A DNA stretch of 64,000 bases from Oscarella lobularis (lineage: Eukaryota): contig NC_089179.1 in assembly GCF_947507565.1 (NCBI RefSeq), positions 926,681-990,680 on the forward strand, read 5' to 3'. Position 1 is the stretch's first letter; every line of letters starts with the position of its first letter. Under the pieces are notes generated by a model. That model searched no databases and had not been told where the DNA came from. It saw nothing but the letters and a program-made list of their open reading frames with translations. Shown here in pieces: positions 51,163 to 62,744 of this stretch. The translations under genes were made by a program, and so were the position numbers.

Positions 51163-52029
51163 ACCGCCAGCAGACTTTACACTCGGTAGAGTTTGAAGAC
51201 TTGGTGCCGGACGAACGAATGAAAAGTCTCTGAACTAAAAGAAAGGCGTCTACCCCCGTCGAATAAAGTACAACTGTGTAGAACGCTTACGTGGCCAGCG
51301 TCTGAATCGAGGTCAGTAACAACTGAAGGTGCCACAGACGATCTTGAAAAAAGACCGATATGCGAGACAATTTTCTACGCTGTACTGCGTTTTTACCGTA
51401 TTCTCGACGACAATCGAGCGTCCAGCGAAAGTTTGTCCGAGTTTGAATTAATATTATATCCGCTTCCCCAATGTCGAGGTTTGTACTAAATTTTGACTGA
51501 GTGGTTTACTGAGGCGGCACGTTGCTGACGAACAAACCTTGACTGTTTCAGGAGGCGACGATTCTCTTACTTTAGAGCCCTTTTTCTTTCTAAACAAAAC
51601 CCTTGAGAACCAGGCTCTCTTCCCGTGGTCTCATTTTTTACCCTTTGTCTTTGTGCTTTTCCTTCTTGCTCTCATGATGATTATCCCTCATTATTGTCAC
51701 GTTCTAAATCAAAATGTTCAGTGTTCTTAGCTGACTACACGTGACTGCTATTACTTTCGCAGATTTCTTCACTTCGTCGACTTTCTTAGCGTTCTTTAGC
51801 GACGTTTTTGACGCCCAATTGGCCGTCTTTTTCAGCTGAGAGAATAAAGCGCACTTGAAGTGGACAAACTCTTACTGGAAGTCCATTGACAAACTTTCAA
51901 TTTGGCTCTCTGTATCAGCTCATCAAAATTGATTCTCGCAAAAAACGACTCGGCACGTATTTGAGACAGAGACGTCAAACGCTTTCGAGGATCGACGCAC
52001 AAAAACTATTATAAAGCATTCGCAAACGT

Positions 52030-53300
<1,271 letters not shown>

Positions 53301-54058
53301 CGCGAGCGTAATCGAATCTAAGCTCGTCGGGGCCCAATTCGTCCAACGAGCGCCTCGGGGAAAATTGATCGATCGCAGACGCTTTCAGTCGCAACCGCGC
53401 AACCGCAAAACGAGCGAAAAAACAACGAACGCGCGTCGAACGCGAGCCGCGCGCATTTTAACGCTAAAACGAGACCACCGCCGCTTCGCTTCGTCGACGA
53501 GCGACGGCGGCGGCCGCGTTCTAAGAATAAAATAAGAATCGATAGAGTGTGAGTCGGTCGAGTGGGCGGAGTCGGCGGTGGCGGCGGATTCGTTCGATTG
53601 GAGAAGAACCAGTTGGCGCGCGTGTACACTGTGTTCTACCTGAATTTTAATCTCGTCCTTGCACTGCTGCACTGCCTTGTGTCGAAATATTTCCAATTTG
53701 TCTAAGACCTAGAGACGGGGACGAGAATTAAGGGGGTCTCTCTCGACGACGACGACGGCGGCGGCGAATGGATTCGATCGCCGGCGGATCCATTAGGGAA
53801 AAAGATAATTCTAATGGAGGCGAAATGGGGCGGCGGGCGGGTGGGTGGCACGAACCTTCATCGCGTAGATTTCGCCCGTTCCTTTGCTCTGCACCTTCAA
53901 GACCTGCGTACGCGTGGGAGAAACATCGTCGGTCTCGTTCGCTTTGCGAATCGATCGCTATTCTTCGCTTACGTGGCCGAATGCGCCGCGTCCGATGTGT
54001 CCCAGAACCTAAACACAAATACGAGTCGCCGTTATTGAAAAGGAAAAAGGGGTAACGA

Positions 54059-54340
54059 TTATCGGCGTCGGCGACGACGACCCCCTATTACGCGAAAGTC
54101 CGTAAAATCGACGAGCGGCTTCGATGGGTACTCCGGCAGGAAGACGCCCTCGCGTTGGGGCACGGGCCAGCCGGTTTTCGACGCGCCGCTCAGTCGCGAG
54201 AGAGTCGGCTCGACGCCGCGCGCCGAGACGAAACTGTTCGTAACGTTCGGTTTCATCGGTAATTTCGCCGTCATAGACGACGAGCGTCGCCTGATCGGCC
54301 GGTCGGGACCGTGCGCCGAGGCGACTGGACGGTTACCCAT
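54059..54340 (-). CDS. Hypothetical ORF starting MGN.. (possible N-myristoylation); could be a 5' exon of the kinase gene
   Basis: 93-aa ORF MGNRPVASAHGPDRPIRRRSSSMTAKLPMKPNVTN..GVFLPEYPSKPLVDFTDF; it lies downstream of a GC/CpG-rich stretch (53300-54060). No family match. Confidence 0.2.
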   Translation of the reverse strand: MGNRPVASAHGPDRPIRRRSSSMTAKLPMKPNVTNSFVSARGVEPTLSRLSGASKTGWPVPQREGVFLPEYPSKPLVDFTDFRVIGGRRRRRR

Positions 54341-54593
54341 TCACGGCGCGAGAGGAAGGGCTATCGGTGCGGCATTCGAGTGCAAAGTGGAAACTGGAAA
54401 GTCAGGGCAGTGCATCTACGGCTAGCGCGCGCGATTCGTAACGACCGATAGTAATTAGGAGCCGAAAAATAAAAGGCGACTAATAATGTCTCCCTTTTCG
54501 GTGCATTTGCGGTGTATAATTCTGATTGTTGTAACAATGCTTTGCTAGTAGGCTAACACTACCATAGTAGGCGCCTTTAGCGCACGCGGAAAG

Positions 54594-55450
54594 ATGGCGG
54601 CACTCGTTAGCTATTGCTCGAGCGATTCTTCAGATGGAGACGGAGACGGAGTGGTCGCCGATAAGGTCAGACCAAGGATAATTAATTTGTCACACTTTGT
54701 GAGAGAATTTCGTTACAGAATTCTTCACCAGAAGAGAACAAAGTCGAAAGGCGACATCGCTCGAGATCTCGGCGACAATCGCCGTCATCTCCGTCGTCGA
54801 AACGACGAAGGAGAAGCCGAAGTTCGTCGCGGCATCGTCGTCGTAGTCGTCGTCGATCCCGATCGAGCTCGAGAGATCGCGAACGACGACGACGAAGGCG
54901 ACGAACGCCGTCGAAATCGCGATCGCGATCGAGAGAGCGTCGCCGACGAAGATCGGGCTCGAGAGAGCGTCGTCGGCGAAGATCGAGATCGAGAGAGCGT
55001 CGCCGGCACGACGACGACGATAACATTCGCGATCGTCGTCATCGTCCGGAGAACCAACGTAAAACCCAAGAGGAGAAGCGTAAGCTTCTGTGGGCTCACA
55101 AAAAGAACGAGGCAACGAATCAATTTTTAATTAATTAATTAAAATTCATTTTTAATTTTCAGACGTCAAGTGTTACGAAAGAATGGGCGGAAGCCGCTTT
55201 CTCCGGAAACGCGGCGGCCAAGTATAGACGGATGATGGGACTTTCAGAAACCGAGGAGGGAGATTCGGGTGCAGGCGACATTGTTAGAGCCAAGCAAATG
55301 GCGACTACAAAAAAACTCATGGACGATTTAGACAAACAGTACGAAGTTTGCCGACTCATTACTCATCGAGATCAGTACAAAGGATTGGGACTGGGATTTG
55401 GGTTGGGTGCTGCCATGGCAACAAATAATGAAAAATTGCCAGGGCAGTAA
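54594..55450 (+). CDS. Arg/Ser-rich coiled-coil protein with C-terminal SMAP domain (RSRC2-like), at least 2 exons
   Basis: N-terminus MAALVSYCSSDSSDGDGDG. RS/RD-rich repetitive exon (cgtcgtcg-type repeats at 54780-55030) ending ..EEKRKLLWAHKKNE, then an intron. C-terminal exon TSSVTKEWAEAAFSGNAAAKYRRMMGLSETEEGDSGAGDIVRAKQMATTKKLMDDLDKQYEVCRLITHRDQYKGLGLGFG* matches the SMAP-domain pattern (..W....KF.RLMG...QYE.AR...H...GLGF). Confidence 0.55.
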
Positions 55451-55468
55451 GAGATAAAATAAGGTCTC

Positions 55469-56589
55469 TCAGGGAGGTAGTTCTGTTTGAGAGCAGGGAA
55501 TTGAAGCCCTGTATCGATAAATGCTAATGCATGAGTAATACCACCAGATGAATGAGACCGCTATGAGTACATGCCACACCTGATGACTGGCACCAATAAA
55601 ATTGAACTTGCCTAGATAAGGAGGAGCCAGTGACATTGAGTTAGCAACGGTCGACTTGCGGTACCTGGCCACAGTTTCTCGGGAGTACGACTCACGTAAA
55701 AGGAGACACCAAGCAAGGCCACAGCGTAGAACACAATGACTTTTGGTGCAAAAAACTATACTCCAAATTAGCCATTCTGCAGTGCATGATGCGCCTTCGT
55801 TTGCCTTACTGATATGATTTCACTACTGCTAATCAGGATCCAATGAACGAAAGGAATAAAGCCAAACGCAGCGGCTAAGGAATACATGAAAACGAGTTGG
55901 CAGTTGTGATGCAAGGAGGCTTGAGTTCGAAATTGAGCAAGGAAGCAGAATAGCACAACCAGAAGAACAGCCCCAACGTACACGCGTCTCCACACCTGAA
56001 ACGAGCCTTATAGCACGTGTTGTCAGACTAAATACGTACCATGTTACAGTAGAATCCGTAGTACAGTCCTGGTATATAGCAGCCACAGACGGCTATTGCA
56101 ATTCCAATTATGTCGAGCCTGTACCAGATAATAGAAACCGACGGATCACTTGAACACTTGAATAGGTGATAGCCGGTCGAAGCGAAAAGGCAAAACTATA
56201 TATAGTAGGCATTGTCATAGATCATTTCTAGCATCATGTCAGATTTACCTCGATGCAGAGGAGAAAGAAGGTTATAACGGCGTGGTCAATCAGCGACGAT
56301 TCTAAGCTCGCATTGGGTATCGTAATAAAGTTGACCCACAGCAGGACACCGAAAAAGAATAAAAAGGAAACTAGATGACTCCAAATGTTGACGGATTCAT
56401 TGGAGAAGACGAACAGGCTACGGAAAACACTGATGAATGGACTACGTGGGCTTTCCTATGCACGCCAAACCTTTTTATGCATGCACTTTGTGATAGATTT
56501 CGTCGGTATCCACCTGTTATATAAAGACATCGTCGCCAGTCGGACGGAACTTCGTCGTAGCGAAACAGGTCCATCTTAGCCCTTCCCAT
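55469..56589 (-). CDS. PAQR-family (progestin/adipoQ receptor, hemolysin-III-like) 7-TM protein, multi-exon
   Basis: N-terminal motif MDLFRYDEVPSDWRRCLYITGGYRRNLSQSACIKRFGVH (PAQR L..YDELP.WLKDN.YI.TGYR). TM exons VYVGAVLLVVLFCFLAQF, LAAAFGFIPFVHWILI; C-terminal IGASHQVWHVLIAVSFIWWYY (PAQR GHSHQ.FH). Confidence 0.75.
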
Positions 56590-56629
56590 CTTAGCGCACG
56601 TGAGCCAAACCCACGCCATCCGCTACACA

Positions 56630-58977
56630 ATGAGAATTGGAATAGGACGAGCTTTCTCTGCCAGACGAGCTTCTACGGCTGCGAGCGCATCCCGAATTGG
56701 CACCTTCTTCCAGGACGCTCCGACTCTAGGCAATCAATACAAAGAGGATGCCTTTCTGCAGGCCTATCTAAAGCGAACTCTACCATCAGACGTATTGACA
56801 GATATAGAGACTGCTGCCTCGTCTGCACGATTTCTTCTCAGGTGCTGGCAGACGTCTCGAGGGATTTGTCCTCGTTCGGACGACGAGTCGTCTTCGAGGT
56901 GATGCACCTCGGTCGTCGAGTCGAACTTGATCCGCCTCGACTCGAGCAGTACGACGCGTGGGGAAAACGCGTCGATCGAGTGATCGTGAATCCCGCTTGG
57001 AATCGTCTGCACGATATTGCTGCCGAAGAGGGGCTCATCGAAATCGCTTACACGAGACTCCACGGCCCTTGGAGGTATCCATGGTGTCAATTGTCCGAAT
57101 TTCGATATCGTGTCACGACTCTCTAGTCGATTGCATCAGATGAGTAAACTGTATCTGTTTGGGCCCTCTTCTGGACTCTATTCTTGCCCCTTGGCTATGA
57201 CTGATGGGGCAGCCAAAGTTATCGAGGTTGACAAGACTTTTGTCTCCATGTGAACGGAAACGACCTTTGATTTTTTAGTCGTCTGGCAACATGTCTTTAT
57301 TTCATCGGGCCTATCCCCATCTGACGTCTCGTTTGCCCGAGAATTTCTGGACGTCAGGACAGTGGATGACAGAAAGGAAAGGCGGTTCTGACGTCGGCAA
57401 GTGAACTTACTCTCTAATGCATCATTCCTCACCTGCCTTTTTTTAGCGTCTGGTACTGAAACGGTGGCTGTTTCTCATGAAGATGGCTCGTATCGTCTCT
57501 ATGGATACAAATGGTTTACTTCAGCTTCAGATGCTGACATGTCTCTTACACTGGCAAGAATACAAGATGAAGGGGGACAAGTCGTTGATGTTCGTTGAGT
57601 CTCGTTTGCATATTTGATACATCTGATTCTTTTTTGTAGGGAACCAAAGGTTTGACTCTGTTTTATCTAGAAACGAGAGATAAACAGGGGCAACTAAATG
57701 GTATTGAGATACAGGTGAATATTAGTTCTTATGTAATAGGTTGACTAAATTTGACCCTTCTTCAGAAATTGAAAAACAAACTTGGAACTAGGCAACTTCC
57801 TACAGCAGAAATGCTACTTGATGGCAGCGTCGCCCATAAAGTAAATAATCTAAACTGTTTAGCGAGTTGTTTCCTACTGAGTTTGCTGTGCAGCTATCTG
57901 ATGTTGGACGCGGGGTGGCAGCTATTTCAGACATGCTCACTATAACTCGCCTCCACAATTCTATTGCAGCAGTTGGAGGAATAAGACGGTGAGAAAAGCC
58001 AATGGAAGACGTGCAGCTTCTAATGACACAGTGGGCTTTACAGTATAGTTCATCTAGCTCGTGACTACGCCAAACGCCGATCTGCATTCGGGGGAAAACT
58101 AATCAATCATCCACTACACGTGCAAACGTTGGCTAGACTTGAGGTACGTTTACACGTAAGGAGTTTTTGTACGTCACGGCAAACTTTTAGCTTGAAACTC
58201 GCGGGGGGCTGATTCTTACCATGGAAATAGCAAAGTTGCTTGGCATGGAAGAAAATGGCAAAGGAGACAATGACCATCAACTTCTCATGCGATTATTGAC
58301 CCCACTGGCAAAGCTCTACACAGCAAAGCAGGTAGTCAGTTTAGACCATTGATAATATTGTACATTGTACTGGGCTCAGGCTGTCAGTGTAACGTCAGAA
58401 GGGCTGGAATGTTTTGGAGGCCAGGGTTATATAGAAGACACAGGCTTGCCAGGAATGCTTCGCGACGCTCAGGTACACTAAATTCTATTGTGTGAGAAAT
58501 TAATCTCATTTTTCCTCATTCAGGTTTTACCTATCTGGGAAGGCACAACGAACGTGCTCTCTTTGGACGTACTTCGAGCTTTCAGCAAGTCAAAAGGCGA
58601 CGTGTATCGAGCCTATTGCGCGGACGTGAACAAACGCTTGGCCTTGGCCAAAAGCGTTGATCCGCTTCAGGCTTCGTGTAGACGCGTTCAAAACGCCTTG
58701 GATACTTTGACTGCTTTTATCAGCCAGGCGGCCTCCGAACACCCCAGCGTTTTTGAAAGTGCAGCTCGCGACCTCGCATACAGCTTGGCTAGGGTTTACA
58801 TCGGTAGAAATGATGAACACTTTGTTTCAGTGCTTATCCGCAATATGTGTAGGTTCGCTTCTCATTGAACATGCAGCTTGGAGTGAAGCTGAAAAAGATG
58901 ACATTGCTGCAGCCGAAAGGTTGGCAAATCTTTGTCTTGAGGAGATAGGCAACTGTAGCATCTTATACGTGTAGATG
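56630..58977 (+). CDS. Acyl-CoA dehydrogenase, AidB-like (ACAD family), mitochondrial presequence, multi-exon
   Basis: [18 protein letters not shown]; [29 protein letters not shown]; [44 protein letters not shown] (AidB NVNPPELLRYDAQGRRLDDVRFHPAWHLL); [34 protein letters not shown]; [44 protein letters not shown] (AidB SNTTRAERLEDGSYRLVGHKWFFS); [23 protein letters not shown]; [30 protein letters not shown]; [42 protein letters not shown]. Confidence 0.8.
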
Positions 58978-59699
58978 GTGCCGTCGACGGCTTGCAATAG
59001 TCGTCTCGGTCAATGACTACGGAGACGACGCGCAATCAATAGACAAAAACATGGTTTTTAGTTAGTTTATTTACAAAGACGCCTGTCTAAATCCCTGCTA
59101 CAACGATATACGTTTCCTGAGGCTCTTACCCTGTCTATTGCAACGCTGCTACGTCAATAATTGCCAAGGCCTCCAGCTGAGATAATGCAAAAGCCTCGTG
59201 AGAAGAGAGTTTTGAAGGTTTCTTGTGGCGATATAACGGACTGCCATTCCTCACGCCATTTCTGCAAAATCACACCTCAATAGTTCACGCGATGAATAGT
59301 GACATTTTTACCTGAAAACAGAATGCACGGTGCGTTAGTCATGCCAGCGCTTCGCAATTAACGTAAAGGCGATGGAAAGAGAAATTTCGGGGGACCCAGT
59401 TCTCGTTTTCCACTGCTACGAGGCTCGATCGAAGTCGTTCGTTACTTCGTGTTGTTCGAGTGGCGAACGAATTCCAAGGCCGTCTGCGACGAGCACGAAT
59501 CGCATGACCGATCAAGTTACGAGTTGCGCCGGGGATTTGATTCACGCGCGCTCGCCGCGCGTAAAAACGATCCTACATAGAAAAACAATGTCAGCAAACC
59601 TTAGAATCCCAAGCGAAACACGCGTACAATGGCCGATCGAACACGAGGGATCGTCCACCATTTTGAATTGTAGCGCCTAAAACCGGTCGGCAAACCGGC

Positions 59700-60650
59700 G
59701 TGACGGGCTCGTGAGGACCACGTGAAAAATTGGCGCGAACTTTCTCGGCGAACCAGCGATTCGTTGCCTTGGTGAATTGAACACAATGAGGTCATGGTGG
59801 GGTCACCAGCGGATGTTACATCATCTTCGGTATAAAAGCGAGGGGCCAACGCCCCAATCTTCAGTCTTGCGCTAGGGTGGGGGATGCCAACGGGCTGAAC
59901 CCTTGAGGCTGATCGTGAGCTGGGGAAGCTGGTCGTTGGTCATCAAAGCGTTTTTGTCATCTGTCGATCCTCACTGAAACTGCTAGGCACAGTGGATGGG
60001 CGTCGCTCTAATGCGGCGCTAAGATCGGCACTGGGGGTCACAAAGGGTCGTTGGACGGCTTCAGTTGCGAAGTCAGGCGTTCCGCGCTAAAGCCGAGTGG
60101 GCGTCTGACTAAGGTTTGCCACTTACTGCCAAAGAAACGTGTGGGGGCCCAGTGTCTCGTGGTATTTCCTCACTCGGATTAGTAACTTATACCCGGAAGA
60201 TGACCCGACCCCCAGGACAATAAACGCTTGGCCCTCGATTGGTGAACTCGGCAATCGCTTCGTAAGTCCTCTCCCGACACGGTAGTCTCGGTTCTTGTGA
60301 AAAAATTCCATCATTCCTCCCGAAAGACTACGGCCTCTATGAGGCCCCGGTACGACGCGGTCGGGGGGACGGTGTGGGAGAGCCGTTCTCGATCCAGGCC
60401 GTACCGGTCGTGATTGGGCCTATGAAGCAAGGTCTCGCTTCCAATATTTTTGGGCCACAAACTGCGTTCGAACCTCCACGTGGTGTGGCCTGGATAACGC
60501 CAATACGAACGCACCGCAAAAAGGTACGTACTCGGACAAATCGAACAGTTTTATCCTTCTCTTTTTTAGGTGATCGATCGGCCGATCAGCAGCTGGCCTC
60601 CGACGCGCGATGAAGCTAGAAGATGGATCTCTTATTATTGAACGTAGTTA
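59700..60650. other. ORF-poor, relatively GC-rich segment with multiple short self-complementary stretches; candidate structured ncRNA gene or degenerate repeat (unclassified)
   Basis: No convincing protein-like ORF on either strand. Stem-capable motifs, e.g. gggccaacgccccaatcttcagtcttgcgctagggtggggg and cccggaagatgacccgacccccagg. No match to rRNA, U-snRNA, SRP RNA or RNase P consensus elements that I could recognise by eye. Confidence 0.2.
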
Positions 60651-60758
60651 ATTAATAGCGTAAATTAGCGTAGATGGATAGAATTTTCATCAAAAAAAAA
60701 GAATAAAACGGTTTACCTGCTCACGTGGCAGATCACGTGTTCATCAGTCTCGTGCAAA

Positions 60759-62648
60759 ATGAGTTCGCTGCTGGTGGCGATTCTTGCCGCTCTCTGTTGG
60801 AATGGCCGCGCTGACGAGTTAGAGAAACCCACGTTGCAAGTCTTTTTGCAGTCCAATGGCATCGCTGAAATCCGGCGCATCGTCAATCCAATTCTCGTCA
60901 AAACCGTCACCTCTACGCTCATTCCCGACCAGTCCTTCGGTTTCGCCGGCATCGACATCGACATATCCGAGATAAAATTGACCGAATTTACGCTCGGCGA
61001 ACAAGAAGTGCTCAATGTTCCTCCCAGCGCCGTCTACATCGTTTCTTCGAACATGACGGCGCACGCTACGATGGCGTGGCGGTACAAAGACGGCGCAATA
61101 GACATCAGCGGTAACGCGACCGATCTGATGTCTGACATGTCGCTCGGAATCGTTCTCGACATCACCTCTCTTGAACATCGGCTCATTCTCGACATAATAG
61201 AATGCACCGTCAAGATTGGCACTTTGAAAATTCAATTGTCGGGAACGAGCAGTTTTTATGAAAAACTCGTCGAACTTCTCAACAGCCCCATCACCAATCT
61301 CTTTGAATCTCAAATTGGATCCGAGATCAAGACCCTCGCTAATCAGATAATTGCAAAGTATTTGCCCGATGTGCCACTTCAAGTCAACGTCAGCGTTGAA
61401 TCGGCTACTGTGCACGCCTACTTTGGCCTCGTTTCATTTGGGAACGTGCACGGGTTGTACGGCAAGAAATATGGCAACAACCACTTTTCCGGCAGCGGAT
61501 CGTCCTATCAGACAGCGTCACTCAGTTTCGGTGTAAGCGCATACGACAGCATCAGCATAACAGGTTATTTCTCGCCCCAAAACACGGGCAATTACAGCAT
61601 CCGAATGCACTACAAACAGCGAAGCAGAGTGACGTTTGTCGGCAAGTCCGAAGGCGGCTTGGAGATGCACAATCCAGGCATGTGCTGGCCGGAATATCAT
61701 ACCGACTACACCGAAGCGGTGCCGTTGCTCGCTCACGCCTTCTATCCCCTTCAACTGGAGTACCAGTCCGGCTGCGGCGGCGGTCACGTCGAATTGACCG
61801 CCTGCTTCGAATCGACGAACAACTGCACTGCCATCGATTCACTGAGTCTGTACGCCGAGCCGACTTCGCTCGGCATTCCCGTCGTCGTGCATTCGGACGC
61901 GATAGTCGCTTCGTCGGCTTTCAACGTCTTCTACCAAACGCAAACGATACCGTCGAACAACTCCGTTCACTCTCTACCGAATACCCTGCCGTCGAGCTTT
62001 GATTTGGCCTCCGATATGATCGCCGTCTACGTGGACGAATACGTATTCAATTCTGCTCTCACAGCCTTCTCCGAGGCCGGTCTCTTTACCGTCCTCGTCA
62101 ATAACAGTGTCATTCCGCCGTCGCTGAAAAGCTTCTTCCAGTTCAATACGACCTTTTTCAAGTCCTATGTTCCCTCGCTCTATGAAAAGTATCCCAACAT
62201 GGCCATGACAATTGACGTAGGGCCGTTCGTTCATCCGACACTCGTCGTCTTGCCCAGTCCCGTTGGTCTCCTTGGCAGTTTTTCGTTCGTTCTCGACGTG
62301 TACGTGGCGGAGGAACAGAAGCTGATACCGGCATTTGGTTTGATAGCGAATCTTACGGTTTCGGGGATGGCCAAGATGAACGGTAGCAATATAACGGCGA
62401 ACGTTGAAATGAAAGGGTTCAACGTCACTCTGAGCTGGGCGAAGATTGACGTGAATCAAACTAGCGTGGACAATTTGAAATCGTTTATGGGTTCCATGAT
62501 CAATTTGGTCGCCCTGCCAGCAATCAATTTCAAATTGAATCAGGGTATTCCTATTCCTGCGTTTGACGGATTAACGATTGTCAATCCTCGATTCACCTAC
62601 TATAACGGATACATCGGCGTTACTGCCGCTTTCAAGATAGAAATCTAG
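60759..62648 (+). CDS. Secreted BPI/LBP/CETP-fold lipid-binding protein carrying a PA14/GLEYA-like insertion between the two BPI barrels; intronless
   Basis: Single 629-aa ORF. Signal peptide MSSLLVAILAALCWNGRA. N-terminal barrel ..TLKIQLSGTSSFYEKLVELLNSPITNLFESQIGSEIKTLANQ..LQVNVSVESATVHAYFGLV.. C-terminal barrel ..KSYVPSLYEKYPNMAMTIDVGPFVHPTLVV.. (BPI [28 protein letters not shown]) and ..LVALPAINFKLNQGIPIPAFDGLTIVNPRFTYYNGYIGVTAAFKI (BPI [43 protein letters not shown]). Central segment YFSPQNTGNYSIRMHYKQRSRVTFVGKSEGGLEMHN..AHAFYPLQLEYQSGCGGGHVELTA is PA14-like. aataaa at 62712. Confidence 0.7.
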   Translation: MSSLLVAILAALCWNGRADELEKPTLQVFLQSNGIAEIRRIVNPILVKTVTSTLIPDQSFGFAGIDIDISEIKLTEFTLGEQEVLNVPPSAVYIVSSNMTAHATMAWRYKDGAIDISGNATDLMSDMSLGIVLDITSLEHRLILDIIECTVKIGTLKIQLSGTSSFYEKLVELLNSPITNLFESQIGSEIKTLANQIIAKYLPDVPLQVNVSVESATVHAYFGLVSFGNVHGLYGKKYGNNHFSGSGSSYQTASLSFGVSAYDSISITGYFSPQNTGNYSIRMHYKQRSRVTFVGKSEGGLEMHNPGMCWPEYHTDYTEAVPLLAHAFYPLQLEYQSGCGGGHVELTACFESTNNCTAIDSLSLYAEPTSLGIPVVVHSDAIVASSAFNVFYQTQTIPSNNSVHSLPNTLPSSFDLASDMIAVYVDEYVFNSALTAFSEAGLFTVLVNNSVIPPSLKSFFQFNTTFFKSYVPSLYEKYPNMAMTIDVGPFVHPTLVVLPSPVGLLGSFSFVLDVYVAEEQKLIPAFGLIANLTVSGMAKMNGSNITANVEMKGFNVTLSWAKIDVNQTSVDNLKSFMGSMINLVALPAINFKLNQGIPIPAFDGLTIVNPRFTYYNGYIGVTAAFKIEI

Positions 62649-62711
62649 AAACTTGGAATGTGTGTCTGTCGGTTTGCTTTACGTGTGCTAAGTACTTTGT
62701 TGTTTGTATCT

Positions 62712-62717
62712 AATAAA
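62712..62717 (+). terminator. Candidate polyadenylation signal (AATAAA) for the BPI-PA14 gene
   Basis: taataaattt 64 nt after the TAG stop at 62648. It sits in the short spacer before the convergent HECT gene stop at 62745. Confidence 0.3.
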
Positions 62718-62744
62718 TTTACCTGGTAGTCTTCATTTAGAACC

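Noticed and set aside
54682-55123. Three minus-strand ORFs (112-141 aa) rich in RRRS/SRSR
   Set aside because: They are antisense to the RS-repeat exon of the plus-strand RSRC2-like gene. The (cgtcgtcg)n repeat is open in all frames and only the plus frame connects to the conserved SMAP-domain exon.
59700-60650. Known ncRNA classes (rRNA fragment, 5S, U1/U2 snRNA, 7SL, RNase P) for the ORF-free block
   Set aside because: None of the universally conserved motifs could be found by eye. They include the 18S 3' end GTACACACCGCCCGTC, the U2 branch-site-binding GTAGTA, RNase P CR-I/CR-V, and the SRP helix-8 motifs. I left the block as an unclassified candidate only.
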